From positions 1,364,001-1,428,000 of the forward strand of contig JAMWBK010000010.1 in assembly GCA_029953675.1 (NCBI GenBank): a DNA stretch of 64,000 nt, in the 5' to 3' direction. This document shows, one piece after another, positions 23,380 to 37,580 of the stretch (its first letter is position 1; every line of letters starts with the position of its first letter). Made by a program: the position numbers and the translations under genes. The notes beneath the pieces are model-generated. The model had not been told where the DNA came from and did no database searches. It worked only from the letters and a program-made list of their open reading frames with translations. This DNA is from Rhodosorus marinus CCMP1338. Taxonomy: Eukaryota; Plantae; Rhodophyta.

Positions 23380-24894
23380 ATGGGTATTAGGGTTAATGCG
23401 TATGGTATGCGGGTGAACTACTGGACAGCCTTCCAGGTTCTGCTGTCAGTGGTGGCAGGACTTGTGGTTGTCCAGCTCGTCATGAGACCGAGGGTGATTC
23501 CTATGGATGCCCAGCAAATTTCCCAGGTCTCGAACGACGACTCCCCTATTGTTTCGCACTTGGATAGACTGGACCCTGGTTCGGGAGGCTCAAGCTCGGG
23601 AGGTTCGGGCTCGCTTAACCCTCTAGCTCCAGGTACTGGTGGACTGTTGGACCCTGGAAGTCAACAACCAGGTTTAGGGCAATTTCCAGGGGAGGACGAG
23701 TTGTTCCCTGGAACTGTGATTCCTGCGGACAAGGCGAACGAGCCACCGCCGCTGCCTCCAGGAACTGGAGGTAACACACCTACGGGCCTCGCGGACTACG
23801 GCGCGGGCTCAGAGCTTACTGTGAACTTGCTCCCCCCCGATTCAACGCTCCCAGGAGCGGATGAGATCAATGTTGGGGATTGGAAACTGATAGAGAAGCT
23901 CAACACAACTTGGCCTCCTCCAGAGCAGCTGAAGAAGATTGTGGAGAAGGAATCAAACCCCAACGCACCGCAGAGGTTTATGGTAGCAGCTGTGAGCTGC
24001 AATTTTTTGGACATGACGGATAACTGGATTTCGTCCTTGGAAGCAATAGGAATTTTCAACTACCTCGTCGTGGCTTTGGATGAGGAGGCTTACAGGAGAT
24101 TGAAGGAGGTACGTCCTGAACATGTGGTCCAGTCTCCATTCAGAGCAATTTCGGAGTCACCCACCTACGGATCGGAGGGATTCGCGACCGTTGTGAGGTC
24201 TAGGCCTCTCTTGCTAGCATACCTGCTGCACACCGGTTACCAAGTCCTCTATTCGGACGTGGATACTTTTTTCACGGCAAACCCGTTCAACGACATGGAT
24301 CCGGAAATGGACATCTGCGGTCCGTCGGATTCTAAGCTCGATCAGCCGCCACTTCTTACGTGGGAGGATAAACACAACATCTGTACCGGATTACTGTATT
24401 TAAGACCGAGTGCGGCAACGTTTGAGCTTTTGGCGAGGTGAGAACAGTTACTTGACACCAGGTGTTTGTCATGCTCCACGTATTTCGTCCTTTGTCGCTC
24501 ACCAGGGTAATCTCTTGGGTCTCTCCTCGCGATCTTGATTTTTAGGTGGAACCTTCGTCTGACAAGGGGATTCCGGCGGTTGAACCAAGGGTCATTTAAT
24601 AATGCGCTGCGGGACATGGGTTTCATGGTAGAAGATGTGGAGCCAACGATCAAGGTGAAAGTGTTGGACAAGGATGCTTTCCCTCCAGGGTTCATGTACT
24701 TTGGCAATGAGTATTGGCAGCACTTGAGCGAGTGGCAGCCCATGAGGAGCGCGGTTATGATTCATAACAACTACGCGCAGAAGACAGACAACAAAGTGCA
24801 TCGCTTCAGAGACTTCGATTTGTGGTATCCGAGACTGAACATTGAGAATTGCTTGGCTGAGGAAGCACGAAGGTTGCGGAGACGACTGTTGTAG
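23380..24894 (+). CDS. Nucleotide-diphospho-sugar transferase (GT77-like), type II membrane protein. Exons 23380-24437, 24546-24894
   Basis: N-terminal TM (AFQVLLSVVAGLVVVQLVM), Pro/Gly-rich stem, then DMTDNWISSL...NYLVVALDEEAY, RPLLLAYLLHTGYQVLYSDVD (DxD), NICTGLLYLRP and AVMIHNNYAQKTDNKVHRFRDFDLW. An upstream in-frame ATG exists at 23290. Confidence 0.85.
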
Positions 24895-25491
24895 ATCACT
24901 GATACAATGGAATTGAGCACTTCAAGTGTAACAGGGAAGTTTTGCAGCGCAGCCCGGTAGTTGAAGACGCAATCTTTGAGAGCGGAAGCTCGCGAGCAAC
25001 TGCTCCGGTTTTGAAAATGCACAAAGCACATTGAAAGCTCTTCCTCTCTCTCCACATCACGGTGAACAGAGCGTCTCCTTCCGAGCGTCAGGGCGGCAGG
25101 GGAGGAGAGAGCAAGTATTTGATGTTTGTCTTGTGCTGTCAGTTCAGCGTAAGGCTCTGCAGAAGGAACTTTTCTTGAGCCGCCCACCGCTGACTATTCC
25201 AATAGCCCAAAGGCTATTGGAATCTGTCTGGCTTACTGACTTATGTAGAAGAAGGATAAATTTCTTGTTTATCTTGTATCATTTGAGTGAATGAAATAAA
25301 GCAGATGTGACGTGTATGGTACGTGAAACGAATGTGAAGTTTACAGTTGTGGAATTGGAGGTCCTCATTAAGGCTAAAAGCATGTGGCAGTAAATCATGA
25401 AATCCAGTCCCGTTCCTCGGTATACCCTAGTCGAAAATTCGCGGGTTGCAAAGTTGTCGAAAGAAACTAAAGGGAGCTTTCGCTTGACAAA

Positions 25492-28188
25492 CTAGACTCG
25501 GCTGATGTCACGTCCGAACAACTTTGATCGAAGCCAATCGAAGGCAAGAAGGATCTTCGTCCGTAGCGTGACCATCTCCGTGAGGTAGAAAGAGCGCCAC
25601 AAGTAGAAGGCTCCCCTTCCGTTGATGGGTTCCAAGCCAAAGAACTTCTGGAGTACCCCAGTACCTGAGTCACCGGAGAGCGAGAAGAATGAATTCGAGC
25701 GACTCGGAGTATGGCCCTCAACACGGATCAGCCTACCTGAGAAATCGATTACAGCCTTGTCTCCACCAACGTATGCGAGCGAACCCAAGTGGCGGTATCG
25801 GAAGGGTTCAAGATCCTCTTCGTCGCTTCCATGCGCAATCTTGTTGAGGTGCTGGGCGAGGAACTTGCCCTCCTGATTGGCAACCTGCGAAGCAGGGTGG
25901 GCGCGGAGGATCAGAATGCTATTGGTTGATACGGATACAGGCTATACAGTGAAGCAGTCAGGGATCCGTCGCTGCCACTCTTACCTGCGCCGTCGCTGGC
26001 AACGGTCGAAGCAGTTTGTCCGCCTCATCAAGCAAGCTCTTCAGCTCCGATATCTGAAGCTTTCCGTCTTGGTTCAAATCGGCCTTCTCAAAGGAGGCCT
26101 TGACTTGCTCCGCGTAGGACTCCAGCTGAAAAGGATGCAAAACGCAAAATACTGATCAGTGAGCGATTGGGTAACAGCAAAACTTTGTACGGCCAAACGT
26201 ATCATGACCAGTCCGCACCTGAGGATACTCGTGCATTCGATCTTTCAAAAGAGCTGCGAACTCCTCAAAGTCCAGCTCTTTGGTATCTTCAGGGACCAGA
26301 TTTGCGATCGCGTCTCCAACCTTGGGCATTTGAATTGAAGAGCAATCACCCATTGCATACATAGTCGGCGCACCCATGACCTAAGTTCAACCCAACATAC
26401 GCAATCGAGTCAGCTCCTTCCAACGCCATGAGCTGGTTGAAATCTAAATCTGCTCAATCTGAACGGAGGTGGCCCTACTCTTAAGTACGTGTCTGTGACA
26501 ACAGCTCTAGGGTTACTCTGGAGTGCACCGATTCGTTTCCGCAATGAGTTAACAAACGGACGAGGCTTTATGCCAGTGGCCCAAACTACCATTCCGCAGG
26601 GCAGTGAATCTTTCTCTGGTGAGCCCTGCGAAAACATCCCCAGCGGACAGGAAGGGGTCAACTCTTTTCGTTGGCAGGACCAACTTGTTCTACGCATGAT
26701 GCACCCTTACCCTCTTCTGAAGGACGACCTCTGTTTGCTTCACTTCTTTCACGAATGTGCTGTTGAGCACGGAAATGTTCTCGCGATCAAAATGCTTCTC
26801 CGTATACTCGCTGATCTTGTGGTCGTACATGCTTAAAATCTGATCCAGTGCTTCCACGAGACTGATTCTAATTTCAGATCTGTCGAGCTGCGGAAAGTTT
26901 TTGGAAAGGTCCTGGAGGAATGCAAATCATAGAACAACACGTGCGAAACTGGTGAGTGGAATTTGCTCTAGAATAGACCCTTGTCAGACAATTGAGTTTC
27001 TCTCAATTTCGTACTTCGTGAACCATGTCAGACAGTTCTGCAGCAAACTCCACGCCTGTTGGTCCTCCTCCAACGACGACGAAGCTCAAAAGACGTTTTC
27101 GCTCTTCTTCTGTTTGGGAGGGTATGCTGGCCGACTCGAAGCAGTCCGAGATCGCAGCGCGGACCCGGCGAGCATCGGGCAGCTCCTAGTTTTGTTTTGG
27201 TCGTACGAATGCAGAATATGTTAAGACGCTATGCCCTGAAATCGTCCCTGTTCCACTGTCCTGGCAAGAGCTAGGCTTGAGGTAACCTATACCCACCTTT
27301 AGGAAATGTGCATGACTATCTACACCAGGAGTATTGAACGTATTGTTCTCAGCACCAACAGCAACAACAAGGACATCGTAATCAAGTTCGAAAGGTGGTC
27401 GAGTGCGGGCGCCATCATGTACACGTCGAGAAGATGAACCGCCAACGTTGTCCGCAACATCTCGTTGAGAAAATTGCGATTCCTTCGCCGATGGTACCGA
27501 TGATTTACGTTATCATGCGAGGATCAAACATCAAATCTCAGCTTCGCAAAGAGTTCATTCGGTTTTGGAAGACGTGCTTACATTGGTCTGGCTTCCATCA
27601 ATGGACGGAGTGCTCTGACAAACCACGCGCTTCTTTTCGGGGTCGATGTCAACGCATTCGGCTTCGAGGAACTTGATATTCGTTCCCACGAGTGGCCTCA
27701 CTGGCTCAACTACCGTCCTCGTTTCGACCGTTCCAACTGACACACTTGGCAATAGGGGCTACAAAGTTCGAGCGAGCAGCAAAAACCGCGCTGGTGAGTG
27801 GTTGATCATGTAGTCTGGTCAATCGTGATCAGGAATATCCGTCACGAGCACTTACAGTCATTAAAAAGTAGTTTCTGGGAGATATGCATTGCACGTCATA
27901 CAGCTTTGTATCGATACGCCTCATCAACGCGACTGACGCCCATCCCGTTCCCAGCACTACTAACTTGGGCTTGTTCTCGCGATCCTTCTGCAGACTAAAC
28001 AAGTTCTCCCTCCACGCGTATATGTAGCCAGCATATCCACCTACAACAGCCGCCGTTATCATCAATCCTCTCCATCTCCGACGGGGCACAGTGCTGATCC
28101 CAGCAGTCGCCATCCCACGGATTGACTCCCAGTTCATCTTGCTGGGGATTCTTCCCCGAAACATCCCCCCCCCCCCAAACCGGAACAT
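25492..28188 (-). CDS. NDB: Type II NAD(P)H dehydrogenase with EF-hand (NDB-type, mitochondrial external), 9 exons
   Basis: [22 protein letters not shown]|[49 protein letters not shown]-hand [18 protein letters not shown]|[24 protein letters not shown]. Eight GT-AG introns keep the frame. Confidence 0.94.
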
Positions 28189-28547
28189 GAACAACACTCC
28201 TACGCCTTAATGGAACGTAGCCACATTCGTTCTTCTCAATTCAACCCCGTTTTGACCTATACTAGACTCCTATCCCTCACCAAAGGACTAACGTTCATGA
28301 AACCTAAATACCGCCCGACAGTCATCATCAGCATTCATTAGCGACGGTTCGATCGGCTACGGTCATTCCTTGAAAAAGCTATGAAAAACGAACATTTCCA
28401 GTAAGAGTGGATACCTGGCATTCGGTCAACCGAACATTTCCGTGCGCAGGGAGGATGCCTGTCTCTTCCACAAAGCGGTAGGGCTTTCCTCTTTGCCGTT
28501 TGCTCTTTCTTTCATATGTGAAGAACTGATACTATCTCAACATGAAA

Positions 28548-28575
28548 TTGAGGAGTAGAACTTGAGGAGTAGAAC
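28548..28575. repeat. Perfect 14-bp tandem duplication in the NDB/DUF1499 divergent spacer
   Basis: TTGAGGAGTAGAAC x2. Confidence 0.85.
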
Positions 28576-29823
28576 TACACTGTCTCAATCCTTCTTCACA
28601 GATGAAAGGAACCTCCTGGTTGGAATGGTGCGATCATAATGGACTAGCTATCGTCAAAAAGAAATTCGGTCGCGTCCTACATCATCAACTCCTGTCCGTT
28701 GCAATATTGACTGACTATGCGTATCTTTGGGGGGTATACGAATCACCCCAGGATATTATATCAATAATTAGTAAATTTATCTCACTATTTGATTGCCCTG
28801 GGGGCAAATTTCAAGGGGTAGATTCAACGTATGGCCAATCATAATATCCATAGTTTTTCTGTATTAAATATTAGAATAACTTTTAATTTTTCCCAACTGG
28901 TGGACTCCGTATGAAAGAAGAAAATGAATTTCAGAGGATACCCTCACTAAAATAAATAATTCAAGGTACTTTGACAGAAAGGATTGGTTTAAGACAATTA
29001 GGGACAGATACTTAGCCAATGATCGTTAGAAAAATATCTCTCCGGGTTCCTTTTAGTTACTATTATTATAGATTTTTCATATTTTATGGGAAATTTTTAA
29101 TTTCTTGGCCATATTCGATTTGTTGTCCGATGGTTTGGGGTGTAGTGGCGGGTTGGATAGTTGCTGGATTGCGCGTGGAAGGAGGGTCTGGAATTATTGA
29201 GAGGGCTGACGAGTATGCTCCCTGACATGTGTATAAGAACAGGATTTACATACAGATTGGATAATGAAGTTTGGCGTCGGGGAGTTTTAGTTCCTGTATG
29301 CCCTTTGGCCAAACTGGAGGGTCAAGGCAGCAGCAGAGCTCGCCTTGACGCTCGTTCTCATGCTTCACCAGGAGGAGCAGAGCATCTAATCAATCTATGA
29401 GGCCAGGGACGATCACGGCTGGTCTGTAACACTCTGACACATACCACGAACTTAGTCGAAAATTTGTGATTTTGTCGCAGCCAAAGAAACGGTGGTGAAC
29501 CTGAGTCTGGAGAAAATCGCGAAGTTTAAGGGACGCTCTGGACGAGTACCTTGGCTCTTGTTCTATACTCCCTACGCCTAGAAACGCAAGGCTTAAATTT
29601 CTGGCAAAAGGATAATTTGCAGCAAAATAGCGAGTTTCGGCTGGATGTGTAGTACGAAACTCTGGGGTACTAACGTTTATTTCGTGGATCAGATTCTTTG
29701 ATTGGTTTCATCTTTATAGATCACGGCCGGATCTCCCAGTTGGTAGGATGAAGCTGGCAAAGGTAAAAGGTCGAGGAGTTACTGGTTTGTATATCATGCT
29801 TTTGTGAGACAAAGAGTGACATC

Positions 29824-30659
29824 ATGGCGTTTGTTAACTTGTCTACTGGAAATGTTCGGGTACATCAACGAGAAACAGCGTGCTGCGCTGAGGGAGTCCG
29901 CAAAGGTATCGCTGCTGTTGCGATTTCAGCCTCTGTAGGCCTCGCCACTCTTCTGGGAGCTTCTCCTGGGGCCTCTGCTTCGGTGTTTCACTTTTCCGGA
30001 TCGGTAAAGGCAGAGATGAATGGTTGTTAGGTACCCTTGCTGATTCGCTGATTCACGCTCATGAATGTTTAACGACTTCGAATAGGTACCCCCGTTCCTG
30101 GGGCCCGGCGGGAACGGAAGATATCTCTCAGTTTGTCCGTCCACCCCGAATTGCATATCGACAAGTTCGGATGCGTACAGCAAGAGCTACGTACCGCCGT
30201 GGACCTACCATGAAAAGGACGTAAGCAAATGGCTTTCGAGTCCTTGATCATCTCCGTAACGACACTTGCAGCGTGAGTTTTACTGAATCGTCGGAGTGTT
30301 GTTTTCTTCTACAGCCCAAAAAGACGCTCGGAAGTGCAGTCAACGACATGAAAGAAATAATCTCTAACCAGCCAGGAGCCCAGATTGTCGAAGAAAGACC
30401 CGTCAAGGGTGATTTTGGAGAAGGGTACTACATCCGAGCTGAATTTGAGTCCAAAATATTTGGCTTTGTTGATGATTTTGAGGTTCTGTTTCAACCTCAG
30501 AACATTGGGACAGCTGGTTTCGAAAAGGCTAGTGGTATAGTTGACTACCGCTCGGCGAGTCGCTTAGGCGAGGGCGATTTCGACGTCAATAGGAAAAGAG
30601 TCAAAGCTATTAGAGTGGCTCTGCAGGAAAGAGGTTGGAAATCCATCGGCTTTCGCTAA
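29824..30659 (+). CDS. DUF1499 protein, probably thylakoid lumen. Exons 29824-30003, 30086-30220, 30315-30659
   Basis: MAFV presequence plus a hydrophobic stretch ending PGASA; CPSTPNCISTS...PPWTY; YIRAEFESKIFGFVDDFEVL...VDYRSASRLGEGDFDVNRKRV is the DUF1499 signature. Confidence 0.88.
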
Positions 30660-30819
30660 AGCATGCAAACATTGAAGGTGATCCAACATCGCCCGCGGGA
30701 ACAGGATGCAAAAAAAAGTAGTCTATGTTATTGGCGCGGCAGAGGAATTTTTCGAGCGCTCGCGACTGCTGGAAGTCTCTCCCACCGAAAAGTGATAAGC
30801 TCTCGATTCAGTCAATCGG

Positions 30820-31859
<1,040 letters not shown>

Positions 31860-33510
31860 TCAACGTCAGCCAAGTTCGAACTCTAGTCAGTCACCAGTTG
31901 AACCTCACTGGAGTTGATTCTGAATCGATAGAATCTTGCAATTGTCTCCCTTAGCTCTCCACGACCTCAGCCGTGGCTAAACCAGCTGTTCAGGCATTCC
32001 GGAATCTGCTCATTGCAGTTGTCGTTCAGCAGAACTCTGCCGTTTACGAAGAGCTTTGGTGATAGGAGGGCATTCTAGATTAAGAACGTAGTTTCCTCAG
32101 AGCTAAGCAAATGGTCGTATCGACGCCATCATGGGAGGAGGGTGGCCAGCGATTTCGGTGGTACTCCAAACGCAGCACAGGTTGTTAATAGTGTGAAGTG
32201 CTCGAGTGCTATTGATCTCTGTATCCGTGGGATTTTCGGATATCTATTGTCATCATGGAGCAGCAGAGACCTGAAGGCCCTGCTGACGAACGGAGACGGT
32301 GGCGTTCAATTCGCAAAAATCCATTATCTCTAGTCTCTATCGTGTTCGGGAGGGTTCCCAGATAGTGGTCTTCATGGGATGCTTTTCACTTCCGCAGTCT
32401 TCGTGCGCTGAGAGCCTGTACTGCCGTATCCTGGCTTGTTCAACTCCTGAAAGGTGGTGAATGGCCATTGGAAATAGAATTTTGTCCCTTTCCGTAGAAA
32501 CATAAGGGAAAGCGATCCTGTAGAGCTCGGCACCCCCACTACAGCTCCAGAGCGCTCCAACCAGACTCCTCTCTCAAGATCCAAATCCCAGATTTTGACC
32601 AATATGTCTCAAAACCGTGCATCGAAACAACAATTCCATTAAAATGAAACCGTACCTTTGAAAAAAAATATAAAACAATATTCGGCCGCGCATCGTATCC
32701 AACCAACGTCCCCGAAAACAGTAATCCCCAATTTTTATTCTATTATTTAAACAACAATATTGGGTACTACAACACCAATTCTATTGGGATTGGGTGGGGG
32801 GGGGAGTCGTGGGTGAGTGGTTGCGTACGATCTTTGCCGGATTACCCATCCCCGCTCCATCAGTAAAATTCATTAATGATTGATATTGTCAAAACAGATT
32901 GAATATATAAATTAAAAACTCGCTATCAACTAATAGATACACAATTGATTGAAGAATGTATCCACCAAAATACCCCAGTACCAAAAACTTCATCAAGCTG
33001 AGATCAAGACCAGCTTACCCGTCCAATTTTTTTTATTCTACATTATTCATTTAGTCAAAGTTTTAGAAAGATACGAACTATTAAACTGAAAAAAAGGGGG
33101 TTGTCGGCCTCAATCTACTAGTAGCATTGAATGTATTTTTTTCGAAATAGTTTTGATGGGTTTGGGATTGAGGTTTGGAAGGAAAGGAGCAAAAAGGAAA
33201 GGGAGGGGGCGAGGAGGTGTTTAAGGAAGTTCCTTGGGGGTGTTTAACTAGGTCGATGAGGGACACTGTGGGAAATTCGCAATTGGAGGAGGGGAATGTT
33301 CTGCTTTTGATGGTCGGACCCTTGTTGGGGTTAGTGTGTGTAGGAAGGTGAAAGCGTTGGGAGTGTTTTTCGGGTGGGGGGAGATAAGACAGATTTGGAT
33401 TGGGAAGGGCGTGAAACTTTTGAGGTTTGGGAGCAATTTATATAATGATAGTTTAGCCTTTTGCTGAGGTGTAGTGTTTTTGTTTGGAGCTCTTTTGTGA
33501 TATTGTGAGG

Positions 33511-35175
33511 ATGATCCGTGGGGTGGGAGGTGGGATGGCGCCCGTATTGCGCAACTTGAGGCGAGGGTTTGCCTCGAGTGCGATGGTGGCGGATCAAATG
33601 AGGGCTATGGCCGCACAAGTTCCTACTGAGGTTTCGACGATGTCGAATGGTATGCGCGTTGCTTCGGAGGTCAGGAAAGGAACGGATATGGTCACAGTTG
33701 GGGTGCATTTGAGTACCGGTACAAGATTTGAGACGCCTGAGACCAACGGAGCTGCCCATTTTCTAGAACATCTGATCTTCAAGGGATCGAAGAAGTACTC
33801 CCAGGGCGACATTGAGACGAAGGCAGAGAACATGGGGATTCAGCTAAACGCCTATACGGCCCGGGAACAAACTGTTTACTTTGCCACCGCAATGAAGAAG
33901 GACGTTCCTTTGGTTGTTGACTTGCTTGGAGATATCATTCTAAACTCGAAGCTCGAGAAAGGCGCTGTGGAACGCGAACGGGATGTGATCCTACGGGAGC
34001 TTCAAGAAGTTAATCAGCAGATGGACGAAACCGTCTTCGATTATCTCCATGAGGTGGCGTATCAAAACACTCCGCTGGCCAACACGATCCTCGGAACTCC
34101 TGAGAACATTCAGACGTTAACGGTAGATGATTTGAGAAACTACACGAAAAAGCACTACAAGCCACATCGAATGGTTCTTGCCGCAGCCGGAGCAGTTGAT
34201 CACAACGATTTGGTTAAGTTATCGGAGAAGGCCTTTGGCTCCATGGAGAAGGAAACAGACGTACGACACTCTCGAAAATTCCGCTAGCCTCGTTGGAGTT
34301 AACCTAATGTTATTTTTTTCATATGTTTTCAAACCTCGTTGATGCCATACCGATAGCCGATTACGCCCTTTGATCTGTGCACGAAGGACCCAGCGTATGT
34401 AACGGGCTCAGAAGTACGAGTTCACAATGAGAATATGCCTGGGTGCCACTTTGCGATTGCGTTTGAGTCTGTGGGGTGGACCCATCCAGATTCAGTCGCT
34501 TTCGTGGTTTTGCAGAGCTTGCTTGGCAACTACAACCGATCGGACGGTTCTGCCCAGTGGTCCAACCTGCGGCTGCCTCGATCAATGGCGCTTCACGCAG
34601 ATCACTGCTTGAGCTTCTCCAGTTTCAACACTACGTACACGGATACAGGCCTCTTCGGCGTGTACTGTGTAGCCAAACCCCCATTTATTCATGATGCCGT
34701 TACTAATATTACGACCGAGCTAGTAAGGAATGTGTTCAAGATCGAGGAAGCTGCGCTGGAAAGGGCAAAGGCTAAGGCTAAAATGAACGTCCTAGCTACA
34801 CTCGATGGTACCCAAGCAATTGCAGATGAGATTGGTCGACAGTTGCATGTCTATGGTAAGTTCGACTCAGTGACTGGCGGACGGCCTTTGCTGTCCAGTC
34901 TGGGACTGCGTGTTCAAAGGGCAGGTTACCCAGCTTTTGACTAATGATGCGCGGAGGCGGTGTACTGATACCCAAAAAATTTAACTCGTGTAGGTCGCAG
35001 AATGCCGATGACAGAATTTTTCGCTAGAGTGGACGAGATAACTACTTCGAGCATGAAGGATATTGCTGAACAATACATATACGATAGGGAGATTGCCGTC
35101 GCAGCGATGGGACCAGTGTGGGCCTTACCAGAGTACCAATGGATGCGCCGGAGAACCTACTGGAACTCGTACTAA
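33511..35175 (+). CDS. MPPB: Mitochondrial processing peptidase beta / complex III core 1. Exons 33511-34260, 34357-34855, 34994-35175
   Basis: Arg-rich presequence; M16 motif GAAHFLEHLIFKG (intact HxxEH); LNAYTAREQTVY; ERERDVILRE; FNTTYTDTGLFGVY; YQWMRRRTYW. Confidence 0.95.
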
Positions 35176-37580
35176 AAAAAAAGATAAATTTTGATGAACT
35201 GCGATAACGAGTTAATCCAATAAATTGTGCCTGTTTGAAATACTCGTCTTTATCGAAGGGTAAACTCCGGACAATTCGATGCACACAATCTGTCAGTACG
35301 ACCTCAAAGGTTAGCGGGACCGCAAAGAAGAGAAGAAACAAAGCGAAGATCTAGAACGTAGGTATGAGCATGTTCGAGCGTGCCCTGGAACAAATTCCGT
35401 GATCGAAGCAAACTCTTTTAGGGTCAAGAGTACCAGGCCTTGGAGTTCCTGACTGCGGTTGCTGTGAATGACAGTTCCTCAAGGCGCATAGGTGCGTGGA
35501 AAAGCACTACTAAAGAGTACTGGAGGACATGAAGATCAAGAGTAGAGGGAGGACTTTACTGATCGTGAGCGTAAGAACTGGTTCGAGAGGAACAAGGAAC
35601 TTATTCAATCGCTGAGCAACGCAAACGCATGTAAACCGCTGATCACAGCCTGTGTACTGTGACTCTCACTGGCGGATCCCCAAGGAAGTAGCGGAATATT
35701 GATCGGATTGGGTTGAACGGAGCAGGACAAACAGCACATACTCCGCATAGATTCGAGAAAAGCAACCGACTCCGGTCAATTTGTTCCTCGCGCAAAGCTG
35801 AACTTTATAGCCAACCATCTGGATCTCTGTCCCAAATCCCTCCCTCTTGTAGAAACCACCTTACCCGAAGCCCCATGCACCCCAATGCTCACCTGCGAAT
35901 GGATCTATTCCTACCCATTACCGGGAGAGCACCTCATTCGTCTGCAAAAAGGGGAAAAAACTACTGTTTTTACGTAGATGAAAAGTTTCAAGTCATTTCG
36001 TTCTTTTCAATTTCATTCAAGAAAGGGTCACTGAGCTTTGTTCATAAGAGAGAAGAAAGGGGCTCTATGGGCATACAATGCTCCCATACATTGTTTGTTA
36101 CTATAGCCACTGAAAAATGAACCAGAAAAAGCAATAAATACCGTCCCATGTGAAACGAAGGAGAAATATTTTTTGAAATAAATAATCTGCACTACATGCT
36201 TTCTTTATAAATTCAAGAAATCGGATTACCTACCTTTCTCATTTAGATGAATAAAAATAACAATAAGAACTTGTCTTCAAAAAAAAGAAAATCAGTGTTC
36301 GTGTCCCACCACAAATTCTATGACCATTTAACAAGAAAACCCTTTGTGGGACATAGGACTATTCTTTTTTTAGAAACAACTACTGGCCTCGCAGTCCGAA
36401 CCATATTAAATTCCTAAATAATTGATGCGGCGGACCCTTCTTCTTAATTCGCAGAAAAAAGGAAAAACAAAACCCGCTTTTTTAATGAACAAATCGTCCT
36501 CTCCATTGTTGTTTTACTTGTAAATATTTAGGAACCCCAATTTCTATTTTATATTCAACATATATCCCTCTACTGGAACAATTTTGACTTTTGCTCCACC
36601 TACCCCCCTGGAATTCCTATTGGCAATCCTCTGACTACTGTAAATATTACCAAAATACTATACATAAACCCATAAGACGGGTAGGAAGCAAATCGTGCAT
36701 CGTGCCCTCTACAAGACTTTTGGGAACAGCGTAGAGCACAACTAAAACTAAGAAAGAATAAATATTAAAATATTTTAAATATAAATAAATTTTGGGAGAG
36801 GTGAGGTTCGGTCTTCCAATTTAGTATATATTTATCTTTTAATGTTTTTTAATTTGTTTTTGACGGTTGAGAGAATTAGACGGCGTTTCCTTGTCTCTCT
36901 TGGGGCAGCACTCTGGTGGCTGCTTTCCTTTGATTCGTTTGGTTTTCAATCTTTTGCGTTGTTTTATTTGAGCTTTTTTCTTTTTTTTCCTGAGAGGGAG
37001 GTTTTGGGGAGGGGGTAGGAGAGCGGGAAGGTAAAGCGAAAGAGGGGAGGCAGGGGAAGGGGAAAAGATGGGAGGAGGGCGTATAGCGTATATTGTGCTG
37101 CTTATTGTGGGCACCAACTTGGAGAAGCCAAGAGGGTATGATTTTATTTTAAGGGTGTTTATGGTAGGTTTGGAAGTGTTTTAGTAAAACGAGAGAAGGT
37201 CCTGTCGTTTTTTGTTGGGTCTCTTTTTTAGTCAGTGAGTTTGAGGTGTGGGGGAGAGGGTGGGGGTGAATTTGAGGTAGTGATGATGGTGGTGAGGGTG
37301 AGGAGTGATCGGGATGGTTGACTTTTTGGGGGGAGAGGAGGGGCATGGTTTTTTTAGAAATAGTACGTGATATGGTATAGGGAAGAGGTTTTTTTTCTTT
37401 CAAGTGGAGGGGGGAGCGGGCGTTTGTGGTTTTTCTTTGAGAGTGGGAAGGTGGGCTTTAGGTATGGAGTGTTTGGTATATGGGATAGGCTCAAGTGATG
37501 ATTGGTTTGGCAAGGGTTTGAGAGGGCTCATGTAAGGGTAGGAGTGGTTTGGCTTTGTTTCTGCGTGGTGATTTGAAAGG

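Noticed and set aside
35200-36200. Possible gene between MPPB and the PHD gene
   Set aside because: Only short or stop-interrupted frames with no recognisable motif.
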